Assembly: GCA_021414065.1 (NCBI GenBank)
Contig: JAIOPE010000146.1
Location: forward strand, 7,807 to 71,806
Direction of reading: 5' to 3'
From: Planctomycetota bacterium
GTDB lineage: Bacteria; Planctomycetota; JAJSAM01; JAJVHW01
DNA length: 64,000 nucleotides
The notes beneath the pieces were generated by a model. The model worked only from the letters and a program-made list of their open reading frames with translations, made no database searches and was not told where the DNA came from. Of the stretch, positions 47,758-58,181 are shown piece after piece; position 1 is the stretch's first letter; each line of letters starts with the position of its first letter. A program made the position numbers and the translations under genes.

Positions 47758-48711
47758 GTGAAGTTCGGAGACGCCGCCCGTCGCGTGTCGTTCGTCGTCG
47801 CGCGCGCGGCCGTGGGAGTCGTCGCGCTCGGGCTTGCCGTGCGGTTCACCGTGCGCGACGGCGTCCGCGCCGCAGCGCCGCTCTACTACGCCACGCCGCC
47901 GCTCCTCCTCGCCCTCGGTGCGGCGACGGCGCTCACGGTCGCCCTGCTCCAGCGCCGGCGGCGCCTCGCCATGGCCGCGGCTGCGATGGGCGCCGTCGCG
48001 TCGGTCCTCGTGCTCGGCGACGTGCGGCACGCCGACGCCACCGCGCACGCCGCCGGCCCGGCGCCCCGCCCCCTCCGCGGGCTCCTCTGGAACGTCGAGC
48101 ACGGAATCGACGGCTGGGACCGCGTCGTCGCGGAGGCGCGGGAGACCGACCCCGACGTGGTCTGGATCGTCGAAGGACCCGGGCGGTCCGGCCCAGGGAT
48201 GCGCGCCCTCCGCACTGCGTTCCCCGAGCACGTGATCGTGTCGGGCGGCGGGCATCTGCACGTGCTCGTGCGCGGCGCGGCCGAACTCCTCGGCACGCGG
48301 AGTCTCGGCGTCCGCGGGAGCCGCGCGACGCTCGTGCGGGCCGAGGTCCTGGGGCGCACGTTCGAGACGTTCGTCTGCGACGTCCCGAGCCGTCCGCTCC
48401 TCGACCGGCGCCCCATCGTGTCCGCGCTGGACGCCTGGGCCGCCGAGCGCACGGGGCCGGTGGTAATCGCGGGCGACTTCAACACGCCGACGGACTCCGC
48501 AGCGTTCGACCCGTGGCGCGCGCGCTTCGGCCACGCCTTCGAGACGAGCGGCACGGGCTGGGCGCCGACCTGGCCCATGCCGTTCCCCGTGCTCGAGATC
48601 GACCACGTCTGGGTGAGCGCCGAAGTCAACGTGACCCGCTGCCGCCACGGCCTGACGACCGCGTCCGACCACCGCCCGGTGCTGTTCGAGTTCGACATCG
48701 CGAGCGAGTGA
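47758..48711 (+). CDS. Membrane-bound endonuclease/exonuclease/phosphatase (EEP) protein
   Basis: N-terminal TM helices; WNV, AGDFN, IDHVW, SDHRPV. Confidence 0.88.
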   Translation: MKFGDAARRVSFVVARAAVGVVALGLAVRFTVRDGVRAAAPLYYATPPLLLALGAATALTVALLQRRRRLAMAAAAMGAVASVLVLGDVRHADATAHAAGPAPRPLRGLLWNVEHGIDGWDRVVAEARETDPDVVWIVEGPGRSGPGMRALRTAFPEHVIVSGGGHLHVLVRGAAELLGTRSLGVRGSRATLVRAEVLGRTFETFVCDVPSRPLLDRRPIVSALDAWAAERTGPVVIAGDFNTPTDSAAFDPWRARFGHAFETSGTGWAPTWPMPFPVLEIDHVWVSAEVNVTRCRHGLTTASDHRPVLFEFDIASE

Positions 48712-48798
48712 GGGCGGGGGCGGGGATGCACCCATCGGCGTAACGGCGGCGGTGATGGTGGCCGTCCGGGGGACCCCATCCCGTCGCGCCCCCGGTTG

Positions 48799-49974
48799 CT
48801 ACAGGCGCGTCAGGACGCGGACGATCTCGTCGCAGATGTACATCGCGGGGGGACGTCCGGTCTGGCCGTGGCGCAGCGGTGTGGCGTACCGGGACACGAT
48901 CTTCCGCGACTCGAGTTCGAGCATGGTCTTCCGGGCGGACGCGCGCGTGCATGCCAGGCACTTCGCCACGTCGGGGATTGTGGTCACCGGGAAGCTGAAC
49001 AGGTGCGGGATGAGCCGGAGCGGCAACTGGCTGTGGTAGCCCTTCAGCCTCTCGCGAAACTCGCCCTCCAACGCGCGCAGGAGCCGCACCTTGGCGAGCG
49101 TGTCGTTGGCGGAGACGAGGACGACGTCGAGGAAGAAGCGCAGCCAGTCCGAGAACGTGCCGGCCGCGCTGACCCGGTACATGGCGTCCATGTAGTCGGC
49201 CTTCCGCCGTTCGAGCTCCGGGGACAGGTACACCCACGGCTTCGCGACGACGCCCTCGCTCACCATCTGGAGCGCGATGAGCAGGCGTCCGACGCGGCCG
49301 TTGCCGTCCGCGAAGGGATGGATCGTCTCGAACTGGTAGTGGGTCAGGGCGACGCGCACGAGGGGGTCGTCCGCCGTCCGCACCTTCAGGTAGTCGGCGA
49401 GGTCGTCGAGGCACCCTGGTAGATGCTCAGGCGGCGGCGGGATGAACCGCGCCAACCTGAGGTCGCGTGCGCTCGCGTCCGGTCCGATCACCACCTGCCT
49501 GACGCGGAAGGTCCCCGCATGGGCGCTGTGATGCGGGTCGTCCTTCAGCAACTCCGATTGCAGACCGCGGATGAGCGTCAGGCTGAGCTCCCGGCCCGCC
49601 TCCAGTTCCCGGATACCGACTTGGAGGGCGCTGCTGTAGTTCCGCACGGCGCGCGTGTCGTCGTCCGCGGACTGCGCCATCCCCGCCACGGCATCGACGA
49701 ACGCCTCCTCCAGGGTCGTGTGCGTCCCCTCGATGCGGCTCGAGAGGACGGCTTCGTTCTTCTGGAACGGCCGCACGAAGAGATCCGGGTTCGCGAGTGA
49801 GGCGACATCCGCTTCGAGCCGTCCCAGCGCGGCGCGGGCGTCGCCGAGCGCGCGAGCGACATCAGGCCGCAGCGCCAGATCTCGCGGGACTGCGGACGGG
49901 ACGAACGCATGCGCACCGCCGGAGACCGCGACGAGGCGGCCGGCGGACGCAGCAGAGAAGTCCTCGTTCCGCAT
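48799..49974 (-). CDS. Fic family protein with C-terminal wHTH
   Basis: HPFADGNGRVGR catalytic motif; EAVLSSRIEGT inhibitory motif. Confidence 0.92.
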   Translation of the reverse strand: MRNEDFSAASAGRLVAVSGGAHAFVPSAVPRDLALRPDVARALGDARAALGRLEADVASLANPDLFVRPFQKNEAVLSSRIEGTHTTLEEAFVDAVAGMAQSADDDTRAVRNYSSALQVGIRELEAGRELSLTLIRGLQSELLKDDPHHSAHAGTFRVRQVVIGPDASARDLRLARFIPPPPEHLPGCLDDLADYLKVRTADDPLVRVALTHYQFETIHPFADGNGRVGRLLIALQMVSEGVVAKPWVYLSPELERRKADYMDAMYRVSAAGTFSDWLRFFLDVVLVSANDTLAKVRLLRALEGEFRERLKGYHSQLPLRLIPHLFSFPVTTIPDVAKCLACTRASARKTMLELESRKIVSRYATPLRHGQTGRPPAMYICDEIVRVLTRL

Positions 49975-50021
49975 GGCGTGAGTTTCGATGACCGACCTCC
50001 GGCCTCGTACGAAAAGTCCAC

Positions 50022-50074
50022 ACTTTGCATCGCAGCAGCGCACAACGTGATGCAAAGTCGCGAGTTTGCATCAC
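50022..50074. promoter_or_regulatory. Operator-like inverted repeats upstream of the Fic gene
   Basis: ACTTTGCATC (50022), GTGATGCAAAGT (50047), TTTGCATCAC (50065). Confidence 0.6.
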
Positions 50075-50417
50075 GGCGCCGGCCTGGGCAGCGCGTCGCA
50101 GCCGGACGCGGTCCGGTTGATCCGTTCTCGTCACCGCACGAGCGGTGTCTACCACGCGCGACGCGAGCCTCCGCCGTCGTCCCCCACCGCCTGCACCGGT
50201 CGCGATTCGTGCCCACCTCGTGGGAAACGTCGCCACCGCATCGCGGCAACGAAGTCCGCCCTCGTGCGAGTCCGACGTCGAGGGGCCGCCCTGCGCTCAG
50301 AACGCGGCGTGACGGCGGCGGAGGTCGTGGCCGTCAGTCGTCGGCGGCGCGGCGGGCGCGCAAGGGCTGAGAACTGCTCCGGCTGGGCCTGTCCGCGGGG
50401 GATACCATCAGCGGCAG

Positions 50418-50810
50418 ATGACGACGTCCACCCCTTGTCGGATCCGGAGTCGCTGGTGCGCCGCGAACTGGGCGCTCTGGTTGGTTGCGGCGGCCGCGCT
50501 CGTCTGGTTGCTCGTCAGTCTGATGCCATCGCGCTCCTTCGATGTGGAGCGGTGGGCGCGCGGAGCAGGCCTGGAGGACGCGGGCAACCCGCGTTGGTCG
50601 ATGATCGAGGCCGTACAGACTGCACTCCGCGTCGGCATGACGGATCGGGAGTTGCTCGGCCTTCTCGGAGAGCCGGACTGGCACGCCGACGACGGTTCCT
50701 GGCTGTACGCGGTCGGGCGTTCCCGAGGTCCGTACAGCTCGGATCCGAAGTCGCTTCAGGTGGAGCTGGACGAAAGACGCCAAGTGGTTCGCTGGAGCGT
50801 CGGGTACTGA
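50418..50810 (+). CDS. Small membrane-anchored protein, SmpA/OmlA-like fold
   Basis: TM helix; LRVGMTDRELLGLLGEPD....WLY. Confidence 0.55.
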   Translation: MTTSTPCRIRSRWCAANWALWLVAAAALVWLLVSLMPSRSFDVERWARGAGLEDAGNPRWSMIEAVQTALRVGMTDRELLGLLGEPDWHADDGSWLYAVGRSRGPYSSDPKSLQVELDERRQVVRWSVGY

Positions 50811-50908
50811 ATCGCCTCCGTTCGACAGGCGTCAGGTTCCCGTCACCCGCCCCGGAATCGCTCGCGATGCGAGACACGCCGGCGGTCAAGCCTCGGCCCT
50901 CGCCCCCC

Positions 50909-51046
50909 TGTACCGTTCGCGCCTCGTGCGTACCTCGTCGGGAGCGTCGCCACGAGCGCCACGTCGCCGGCTCCTCGGTCCGGCCCGGCCGCTGTGCTCC
51001 GCGGAAGCGCGTTGCGGAGAGACTCGTGCGTCAATCCTCCCCCCCG
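50909..51046. repeat. Dispersed ~140-bp intergenic repeat, copy B
   Basis: Highly similar to 11656-11795 in the same orientation. Confidence 0.8.
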
Positions 51047-51051
51047 CCGCT

Positions 51052-53943
51052 TCAGCGGCGGACGCGGCGCGCGATGCGGCGGCAGATCTCGGCGAACCCC
51101 GTCAGCTCGGCTTCGAACTCAATCTGGCTGACGCACTCGCCGTCGAGGAACCGATGCAGGGCCAGCGGTTCCGTGCCCTTCGGGTTCAGGCCGACGTTGC
51201 AGGTCGTGCCGCTCTTCACGCCGAGGGCGCGGAGCCAGGGGAACTGCGCGGGGTCGTGCTCGTTGCTCGGGTAGCAGATGTGGTCGAACGTGCCGGGCTG
51301 GATGCGCGCGAGCGCCTGGCGGTTGTCCTCGACCTCGCGAATCGTCTCGCTCTCGTCGCGCGGGAATCGGTGCCGGTGCGTGTGGAGTTGCAGCTCGATC
51401 CCGCGCGCAGCCATGTCGCGCAACTCCTCGGGCGACGACAGACTGCACCGACGGCTGGCGATCATCTCGTCCCAGTCCACGCCAAGTCGCTTGGCCGTCT
51501 CGCGAGCGAGCGCCTGGCGACCTGGCTCGTCCAGATGGAACTTGGCGTACTCGACGAGCGCGCGACTGAAGGCCCGGACGGCGTTCGAGTCGGAGAGTGA
51601 GATCGTGCCCTCGTCGAACGGGCCGAGTCCGGCGATGTCGAGCGCGGGGCAGGTGGCTTTCCAGATGAGATAGACGAGCGAGGTCTCGAACACCGGAGTC
51701 GGGTTCTCGACGTGGTAGGTCGTCACGTAGAGCGTCGCCGGCAACTTCCGCCGGGCAATCGGTTCCACGGCCCGCAACGCGACGGACGCCGCGCCGTCGT
51801 CGAGCGTCAGCACGACTGCGGCGGGCGGCAACGTGCCGGCGTTCATGCGCTCCACGCCCTCTGCGAGCGGGAGCACCGGGTACCCCCCGCGGACGATCGC
51901 ATCCAGGCGCTTCTCGAACGTCTGCGCACGCATGAAGAGACGGGGCCCGAACGCGCTCTCGCCGTTCATGTCGAACCCATGCCAGCAGAACACTCGCATC
52001 TCGTCGCGCGTCGCGCGGCGGGCCAGGGCGAACAGGCCCGTGACCTTCGCCAAACGGTAGACGGTGCGCTTGACGAACTGCGCGACGCCTTCGAGTCGGG
52101 TGGGCTGTGTGTGCAGGCGGCGGTGCTCGTCGCGCTGAATGGTGCGGCCGAGGACCTTCTCGAGGCGAAGGGTGACCAGCGGGCGGAACCCGAGGTTCGT
52201 GATGGCGCGCATCGACGGCACGTTCGTGCGGTCGGCGCCGATCCAGATCTCGCGGCAGTCGGGCTCGCGGCGGGCGTCGGCCACGGCCTGGCGGAGCGCG
52301 GCGGTGTAGAGGCCGCGGCGACGGTGGGATGGAATCGTCGTGAAGTCGTAGGCGACGTCGGTGCCGGCGGGGAGAGCGAGATGCGTCTCGACCTCGCGCA
52401 CGCTCGACGTGGCCGCGCCGCGGCAGACCCACCCGAGACTGACGAGAGTACCGTTCTCGACGTACGTGTAGACGCGGTGCCCGTTGCCGATCCGGGTGAG
52501 GCACTCGGAGAGGAACCCCGAACGCGTCTGCCACTTCGCCCACGGGCGGAAGCAGAGGAGATCTTCGACGGAGTTGACGCGGAAGACCGGAGCCGTCGCG
52601 TCGGCGGAGGCGGTGGAAGCACTCGGAGCGACGTCGCTGCGCGCGTCGAGCGTGGAGAGGATGACCTCGGTGGTCGCCCGGATCGGCAGGAAGAAGCACG
52701 CGCGACGTACCAGGGACCGGACCATCCCGAGCGGCCCCGCGTGACGTGCGCGGTCCCTGAGCGTGCGGACCTGATCGGGCGACGATCCGAGCCGGATCGC
52801 GACGCGCTTCGCGAACGCGTCCGTCCGGCGTGCGGCGACGAGGCGGAGATGGTCGATCCGGCGGAACGAGATGCGAACGATCGCGACCTCGTCGTTCGAC
52901 GTCGCGAATCGGTCCTTCCAGCCCGGGCCGGGCGTCAGGTCGAGTTCCGTGAACCCCGACGCGGCGGCGAGCTCGGCCAGGTAGTGGAGTTGGAGCTTCC
53001 CGGGCGACTGGGCGGAGAACTCGCCGTCGTAGGAGTGCGGTCCGATCGACAGCCGCTTTCCGTCGGCGATGCCGAGCTGCGCCGCGACGAGGCGCCCGCC
53101 GACCCGCAGCGCCGTGGGGAAGAGGAACCCCGGCAGCCGGAAGAGTGCCTCGTGGAACGGCCGCTTCCGCGGGTCGTCGAGGAACGGCAGGACGCCGTGG
53201 ATGGCGCCCTGGCGGAACTCGTGGAGCGGGATGAACTCGTCAAGGAGCTTCGAGAACTCGGCCGGGTCGGTCACCCGGGTGAACGAGATGTCGCCCGACC
53301 GGGAGAGCTGTCGGATGCGGGTCTTGTTCCCCTTCTTCTTCAGCCACGCGCGGTCTTCGTCGCCGAGCTCGCGCAGCGCGCGCGGCATCGTCTCGAGGAG
53401 GATGCGCTCCCGCCACCGGTCGGTGGACGTCGCCCAGCCGAGGGGCGCCCCGGGCGGAACGTGCATGAGCGTCAGCGACGCCGCGGGGAACCGCTCGCGG
53501 AGGCGGTCCATGGCGCCCACGATGACCGCTTCGCCGCACGTCGGGAGCGCGAGCCACGCCTGGTACTCCGACTGGTGGGCCCCGGCCACGTGGAGGCGCC
53601 GGCGGTCGGGCGTCGCCGCGAGTACGAGCAGCCCGGCGAGACGGCCGCTCTCGGCGGTGACCGTGACGACCACCGGAATGAACAGATCGCCGTAGACGTC
53701 GAACCAGGTGGACGCGAAGCCGCGCCCCTGGAAGACGGTCTTCCACGGACACGCTGCGTAGAGCGCATCCCAGGCCGCCGCGAGGTCAGGCGATGCGAGC
53801 AGCGCCTCCGCGGCGGGGCCTTCCGTGACCTCGAACTGGAGCGACTCGGCCACCTGCAGGTCCGACTGCGGGGCGCCGGCGGGCGGAGCGGACGTTGGGG
53901 CGGCGACGGCGACGGGTGCGGCTGCCAGGTGCGGAGAACTCAT
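51052..53943 (-). CDS. CelD/BcsL-type GNAT, GNAT and polysaccharide deacetylase fusion
   Basis: AWDAL...SPGKL..LDLTPG; TIPSHRRRGLY..NVPS; TLDDG, HTHRH, ICYPS. Confidence 0.8.
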   Translation of the reverse strand: MSSPHLAAAPVAVAAPTSAPPAGAPQSDLQVAESLQFEVTEGPAAEALLASPDLAAAWDALYAACPWKTVFQGRGFASTWFDVYGDLFIPVVVTVTAESGRLAGLLVLAATPDRRRLHVAGAHQSEYQAWLALPTCGEAVIVGAMDRLRERFPAASLTLMHVPPGAPLGWATSTDRWRERILLETMPRALRELGDEDRAWLKKKGNKTRIRQLSRSGDISFTRVTDPAEFSKLLDEFIPLHEFRQGAIHGVLPFLDDPRKRPFHEALFRLPGFLFPTALRVGGRLVAAQLGIADGKRLSIGPHSYDGEFSAQSPGKLQLHYLAELAAASGFTELDLTPGPGWKDRFATSNDEVAIVRISFRRIDHLRLVAARRTDAFAKRVAIRLGSSPDQVRTLRDRARHAGPLGMVRSLVRRACFFLPIRATTEVILSTLDARSDVAPSASTASADATAPVFRVNSVEDLLCFRPWAKWQTRSGFLSECLTRIGNGHRVYTYVENGTLVSLGWVCRGAATSSVREVETHLALPAGTDVAYDFTTIPSHRRRGLYTAALRQAVADARREPDCREIWIGADRTNVPSMRAITNLGFRPLVTLRLEKVLGRTIQRDEHRRLHTQPTRLEGVAQFVKRTVYRLAKVTGLFALARRATRDEMRVFCWHGFDMNGESAFGPRLFMRAQTFEKRLDAIVRGGYPVLPLAEGVERMNAGTLPPAAVVLTLDDGAASVALRAVEPIARRKLPATLYVTTYHVENPTPVFETSLVYLIWKATCPALDIAGLGPFDEGTISLSDSNAVRAFSRALVEYAKFHLDEPGRQALARETAKRLGVDWDEMIASRRCSLSSPEELRDMAARGIELQLHTHRHRFPRDESETIREVEDNRQALARIQPGTFDHICYPSNEHDPAQFPWLRALGVKSGTTCNVGLNPKGTEPLALHRFLDGECVSQIEFEAELTGFAEICRRIARRVRR

Positions 53944-54193
53944 CGCGGTTCGGCTCCTCGTCCGCAGGGAGCGGGACACCAGTCCCTTCGCGAGTCGCGT
54001 GCCGTACGCCGAACTCCCGTCGGAAGCGAGGCCGGACGCGCCGTCCACACGCCATGAGAGGGCCGGTGCGATCGGCGGGGCAAACAGCGGGGCAAACGGC
54101 GGTCTGCGAACGCAACCGGCCCCGCCGCACCCGGAGTTCCGGACGCGACGGGGCCGTGAGACGCACGCGCCACGAGGGGCGCGGCGCAGTGTG

Positions 54194-54397
54194 TTACTCG
54201 ATCGGAACTACGTTGGCGGCGCGCAGGCCCTTGTCGCCCTTCTCCACGTCGTGCGAGACCTTCTGGCCCTCGCGGAGCGTGCGGAAGCCCTGGGACTGGA
54301 TCGAGCTGTAGTGGCAGAACACTTCCTGCCCGTCGTCCCCAGCGATGAATCCGTACCCCTTCTCGTCCTTGAACCACTTCACCTTGCCGGTCGCCAT
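54194..54397 (-). CDS. Cold-shock protein (Csp family)
   Basis: [18 protein letters not shown]...[13 protein letters not shown]. Confidence 0.95.
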   Translation of the reverse strand: MATGKVKWFKDEKGYGFIAGDDGQEVFCHYSSIQSQGFRTLREGQKVSHDVEKGDKGLRAANVVPIE

Positions 54398-54554
54398 CTG
54401 AACTACTCCTCCCTTCGGGTCCGCTTGCCTGGGCATCGGCCCAGACGTTTGCGGCCCGGAGAACTACGAAAGGGGCAGTTTGTAGCGGGGCGGGATGGGA
54501 ACGCACCCTTTCTTATCGTCAAACGGGACCGGGCCGCGTGAACCGCGCGTCGTC

Positions 54555-55205
54555 TCAGAGACAGTCGTGCAGCCGCTCCCGGATTCTCGCGACGCGTGCC
54601 TTCACGCACGAGAGCGAGACCCTCTGCTCGGCCGCGATCTGCGCGAGGCTGAGCCCGCGCTCCACGCGATCCCGCATCGTGGTCCGGAGCTTGGCGGAGA
54701 GCGAGTCCACCGCCGCGCGGACGGCCGCAACCTGCTCCGGCGACGGCTCGTGGGACCCGAAACGACGGGCGACGCGCGCGAGCGGTACGCCGACCGGCGG
54801 GGAGTCGTCCACGGCGTGCGTGTTCGGATAGCACCGGCGGCGCTTGCGGACCTGCGTGGCGGCCGTGTTGCGCGCGATCCGGATCAGCCACCCCTCGAGG
54901 CGCTCGTTGTCGCGCAGGCTGTGAATGCCGTGGTACGCCGCGAGAACCGCGTCGTGGACCGCGTCCTCCGCCTCGTGCCCGTCGCGGAGGACGCGGTACG
55001 TCACGCGCCGGAGTTGCTCCCCGATCCTCTCGTACGCCGCCCAGACCTCCTCCGGAGCGTGCGCCGCCGCCGGCTTCCGGCCGCGCCCGTCGGGGTCAGC
55101 GACGGAGTCGCGGTGGTTCCCCGCTCGCCCGTCATGCGTCCCCTGCCCCTCGCCCACCGCCCTGCACCCGCCCGCCCCGGCTGCGGCCGCTCCGCTGGCA
55201 TCCAT
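54555..55205 (-). CDS. ECF-type RNA polymerase sigma factor
   Basis: AEDAVHDA, WLIRIARN, region-4 HTH GLSLAQIA...VKARVAR; start uncertain. Confidence 0.8.
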   Translation of the reverse strand: MDASGAAAAGAGGCRAVGEGQGTHDGRAGNHRDSVADPDGRGRKPAAAHAPEEVWAAYERIGEQLRRVTYRVLRDGHEAEDAVHDAVLAAYHGIHSLRDNERLEGWLIRIARNTAATQVRKRRRCYPNTHAVDDSPPVGVPLARVARRFGSHEPSPEQVAAVRAAVDSLSAKLRTTMRDRVERGLSLAQIAAEQRVSLSCVKARVARIRERLHDCL

Positions 55206-55349
55206 GGTCGCCCTCCCTGGAGGAGGGCCCGCGGCACACTGCCGAAGCGACCTCCGTCCGTGACAGAAGACGCTATTTCCGGGGCTGGAGACCCCGCCGC
55301 TGCGCGCCAGCAGCGCGGCGGCGGGGAAGGAACCCCGGGGGGCGCGGGG

Positions 55350-56249
55350 CTAGAGCAGGCCGAGCGGCGCCATCGCCTCGCGCAGGGCCTTCTCGGTCTC
55401 GGGGAGCGCAGCGAGGAGCGGCGGACGCACGGCGTCGGAGCAGACGCCCATCATCTGCAGAGCGCGCTTCGCAGGGACCGGATTCGGCTCGCGGAACAAC
55501 GCCCGGAAGAGCGGGAAAAGTCGGTCGTGAATCCGGCGGGCCGACGTGACCTGCCCCTCGACTGCGTCGCGCACGCACGCCACGACGTCGATTGGTGCCA
55601 CGTTGCTCGCCACGGAGACGACGCCGACAGCGCCAAGCGCTGCCATCGCCAGCGTCAGACCGTCGTCGCCGGAGAGCACCGGGATGTCGCAGATCGAGCG
55701 AATGCGCGCCACCTGATCCAGCGAACCGGACGCCTCCTTGATCCCGGCCACGTTGGCGCACATGCGGCGCAGTTCGGCGACCGACTCGGGCTCAAGGTTG
55801 ACGCCGGTCCTCCCCGGGATGTTGTAGAGGATGACCGGCAGCGGCGAGGCGGAGGCAACGGTCCGGAAGTGCTCGACGAGCATCCGCTGGCTCGGTCGGT
55901 TGTAGTACGGGCAGACGACGAGCGCGCCGTCGGCGCCGGACTCGGCCGCGTGCCGCGTGAGGCGGACCGCCTCGGCTGTCGCGTTCGATCCCGTTCCGGC
56001 GACGACCGGCACCCGGCCCGCTGCCAGCTTCACCACGCACGCGACCACCTCGTCGTGCTCCGCGTGGGTCAGCGTCGGCGATTCGCCGGTCGTGCCGCAC
56101 GGGACGAGAACGTCCACGCCGGCGGCGATCTGCGCCTCGACGAGACGGCCGAGCGCCTCAAAGTCCACCGACAGGTCGGATGACCGAAACGGCGTGACGA
56201 GCGCGGTCCACGTGCCGCGGACGACCAGGGGCCGACGAACACCGCTCAC
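55350..56249 (-). CDS. dapA: 4-hydroxy-tetrahydrodipicolinate synthase
   Basis: [39 protein letters not shown]. Confidence 0.93.
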   Translation of the reverse strand: MSGVRRPLVVRGTWTALVTPFRSSDLSVDFEALGRLVEAQIAAGVDVLVPCGTTGESPTLTHAEHDEVVACVVKLAAGRVPVVAGTGSNATAEAVRLTRHAAESGADGALVVCPYYNRPSQRMLVEHFRTVASASPLPVILYNIPGRTGVNLEPESVAELRRMCANVAGIKEASGSLDQVARIRSICDIPVLSGDDGLTLAMAALGAVGVVSVASNVAPIDVVACVRDAVEGQVTSARRIHDRLFPLFRALFREPNPVPAKRALQMMGVCSDAVRPPLLAALPETEKALREAMAPLGLL

Positions 56250-57052
56250 GATTTCTCCTCCTCGCGTGCACTGCGCCGCTGACGCAGCCCCGCCGCGGCC
56301 TTCTCGATGGCGTCCTTCATCTCGCGGACGGCCCGTTCCAGGCCGACCATGACCGCCCGCGCGACGATCGCGTGACCGATGTTCAGTTCCTCGACGCCCG
56401 GGATCGCCACGATCGCCGCGACGTTGCGCAGGTCGAGCCCGTGGCCCGCGTGGACCCGGAGCCCGAGTTCGCGCCCCGCGGCGGCCGCCATCCGCAGGTC
56501 GTCGAGCGCTTCGGCTCGCGCCGCCGCGTCCCTCGCATTCGCGTAACGGCCCGTGTGCAACTCGACGGCCTGCGCGCCCGACCCCAACGCCGCCTGCAAC
56601 TGCCGAGCGTCGGGGTCGATGAAGCACGAGACGACGATCCCGGCCGCGGACAGCTCGCGGACGACCGTTGCCAGGCCGACCGGGTCGCGGGTGCAGTCGA
56701 GCCCTCCCTCGGTCGTCACCTCTTCGCGCCGCTCGGGCACCAGGCAGACGGCCTGCGGGAGGACGTCGAGAGCGATCGCGAGGACCGCCCGGTCCACGGC
56801 CATCTCCAGGTTCATGTGACGGACGAACCCTCGGAGCGCGCGGACGTCCCGCTCCTGGATGTGCCGGCGGTCTTCTCGGAGGTGGACGGTGATCCCGTCG
56901 GCCCCCGCCAGTTCCGCGAGCACGGCTGCGGCCACGGGATCGGGCTCGCACGCGCGGCGAGCCTGCCGCACGGTGGCCACGTGGTCCACGTTCACACCGA
57001 GCCGGGGCACCGCCGGGATCGGATCGCGGGCGGAGTCTGTCTGACCCTTCAT
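56246..57052 (-). CDS. pdxJ: Pyridoxine 5'-phosphate synthase
   Basis: [50 protein letters not shown]. Confidence 0.95.
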   Translation of the reverse strand: MKGQTDSARDPIPAVPRLGVNVDHVATVRQARRACEPDPVAAAVLAELAGADGITVHLREDRRHIQERDVRALRGFVRHMNLEMAVDRAVLAIALDVLPQAVCLVPERREEVTTEGGLDCTRDPVGLATVVRELSAAGIVVSCFIDPDARQLQAALGSGAQAVELHTGRYANARDAAARAEALDDLRMAAAAGRELGLRVHAGHGLDLRNVAAIVAIPGVEELNIGHAIVARAVMVGLERAVREMKDAIEKAAAGLRQRRSAREEEKS

Positions 57053-57180
57053 CGCGCGGAGCATAGCCAGCGGCGAGATCGCGAGCCTGCTAAGAACGTC
57101 GGCCGCGACAAGGAAACAGTGTGGCGTCGAAACCGAAGTTTCCTGCCAACGCGCACGGCGATCGCCTTGACAATCACACG

Positions 57181-57693
57181 ATGACGTTGATCGCCCGTCG
57201 CCTCCGGACACTACGCGCAGGACGGATCGCGTTGCTGGTCGTCGCTGCGCTGGCCGCGATCGGCGCCGGCGTCGCGGCCCTGCGCCCCGCACGCGCGCAG
57301 GACGCCGCCGCGACGCTCTGGATCACGGGGCTCCGGATCGACGGCGCCCGGGCGCGCGCGCTCGTCCGGCTGACGAACACCGCCACCGCCGGACTCGATG
57401 TCCACGCCGTGCACTACACGGTCCAGGCGACGATCGGCGGAGAACCGCTCAGCGCGGTCGCCGCGGGGGCGTCCGGCGCGTTCCTCGGACCCGGCGAGAC
57501 GCTGGACCTGGACCTGGGTCTGATCGTCACCCAGTACCGGAAGTCGCTCGGCGTTCCCGCGTTCTCGGGGCCCGTCCGGTTCGTGGCGTTCGCCTACTCC
57601 CCGGGCAAGCCGTTCGGCCCCGACGTGATTCAGGTGTCCGCCGTCCAGACAGAGGGGACCACGCGGTACGAGCCGCTGGTCGAATGGAGATGA
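57181..57693 (+). CDS. Secreted hypothetical protein
   Basis: Signal peptide ARA-Q; overlaps the start of the next gene. Confidence 0.6.
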   Translation: MTLIARRLRTLRAGRIALLVVAALAAIGAGVAALRPARAQDAAATLWITGLRIDGARARALVRLTNTATAGLDVHAVHYTVQATIGGEPLSAVAAGASGAFLGPGETLDLDLGLIVTQYRKSLGVPAFSGPVRFVAFAYSPGKPFGPDVIQVSAVQTEGTTRYEPLVEWR

Positions 57694-58172
57694 GCATGAC
57701 GCAGGCAACGCGAAGAAAGCACCCGCTGGTCCTCGCGGCGATCCTCGCCGCAACGGTCAGTGTCGGACTGTGGGCGGCCCGCGGCGCGGCGGCGGACCCG
57801 GTCACGGCGGCGATCGTCGGAGGGGTGGATTCGTCGGCGGGCGCCGTGCCGGAACTCGTCCTGTCGAACCTGACGTCGGCCACGCAGACGCTCGACATCC
57901 TCCTCCTCGATGCGAACGGCGACACGCTCGTGAGTCACGCCGCCGACGTCACGCTCGGCCCCCGCGCCACCGTCGCCGTGGACCTGCTCGAGCAACTCCG
58001 CCGGGACCTGCCGAAGAAGGCGAAGCCGTACGCGGGGATCTTCACCGTGGAAGTGCGCGGCGACGCCGGGTTCACGGAGAGCGCAGTGCTCGTCCACGTC
58101 ACGCAGTTCTTCGGCACGCGGAAGAAGCCGAAAGCTGCGTTCGTACTACGCCCGGTGTTCCGCGCACTCTGA
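57690..58172 (+). CDS. Secreted hypothetical protein (Ig-like)
   Basis: Signal peptide; LVLSNLT..LDANG..TLGPRAT. Confidence 0.6.
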   Translation: MSMTQATRRKHPLVLAAILAATVSVGLWAARGAAADPVTAAIVGGVDSSAGAVPELVLSNLTSATQTLDILLLDANGDTLVSHAADVTLGPRATVAVDLLEQLRRDLPKKAKPYAGIFTVEVRGDAGFTESAVLVHVTQFFGTRKKPKAAFVLRPVFRAL

Positions 58173-58181
58173 TCAGTCTGA

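Noticed and set aside
50830-50855. TTCCCGTCACCCGC resembling a tRNA-Gly 3' end or att site
   Set aside because: Too short, with no T-arm or CCA and no integrase nearby; likely chance.
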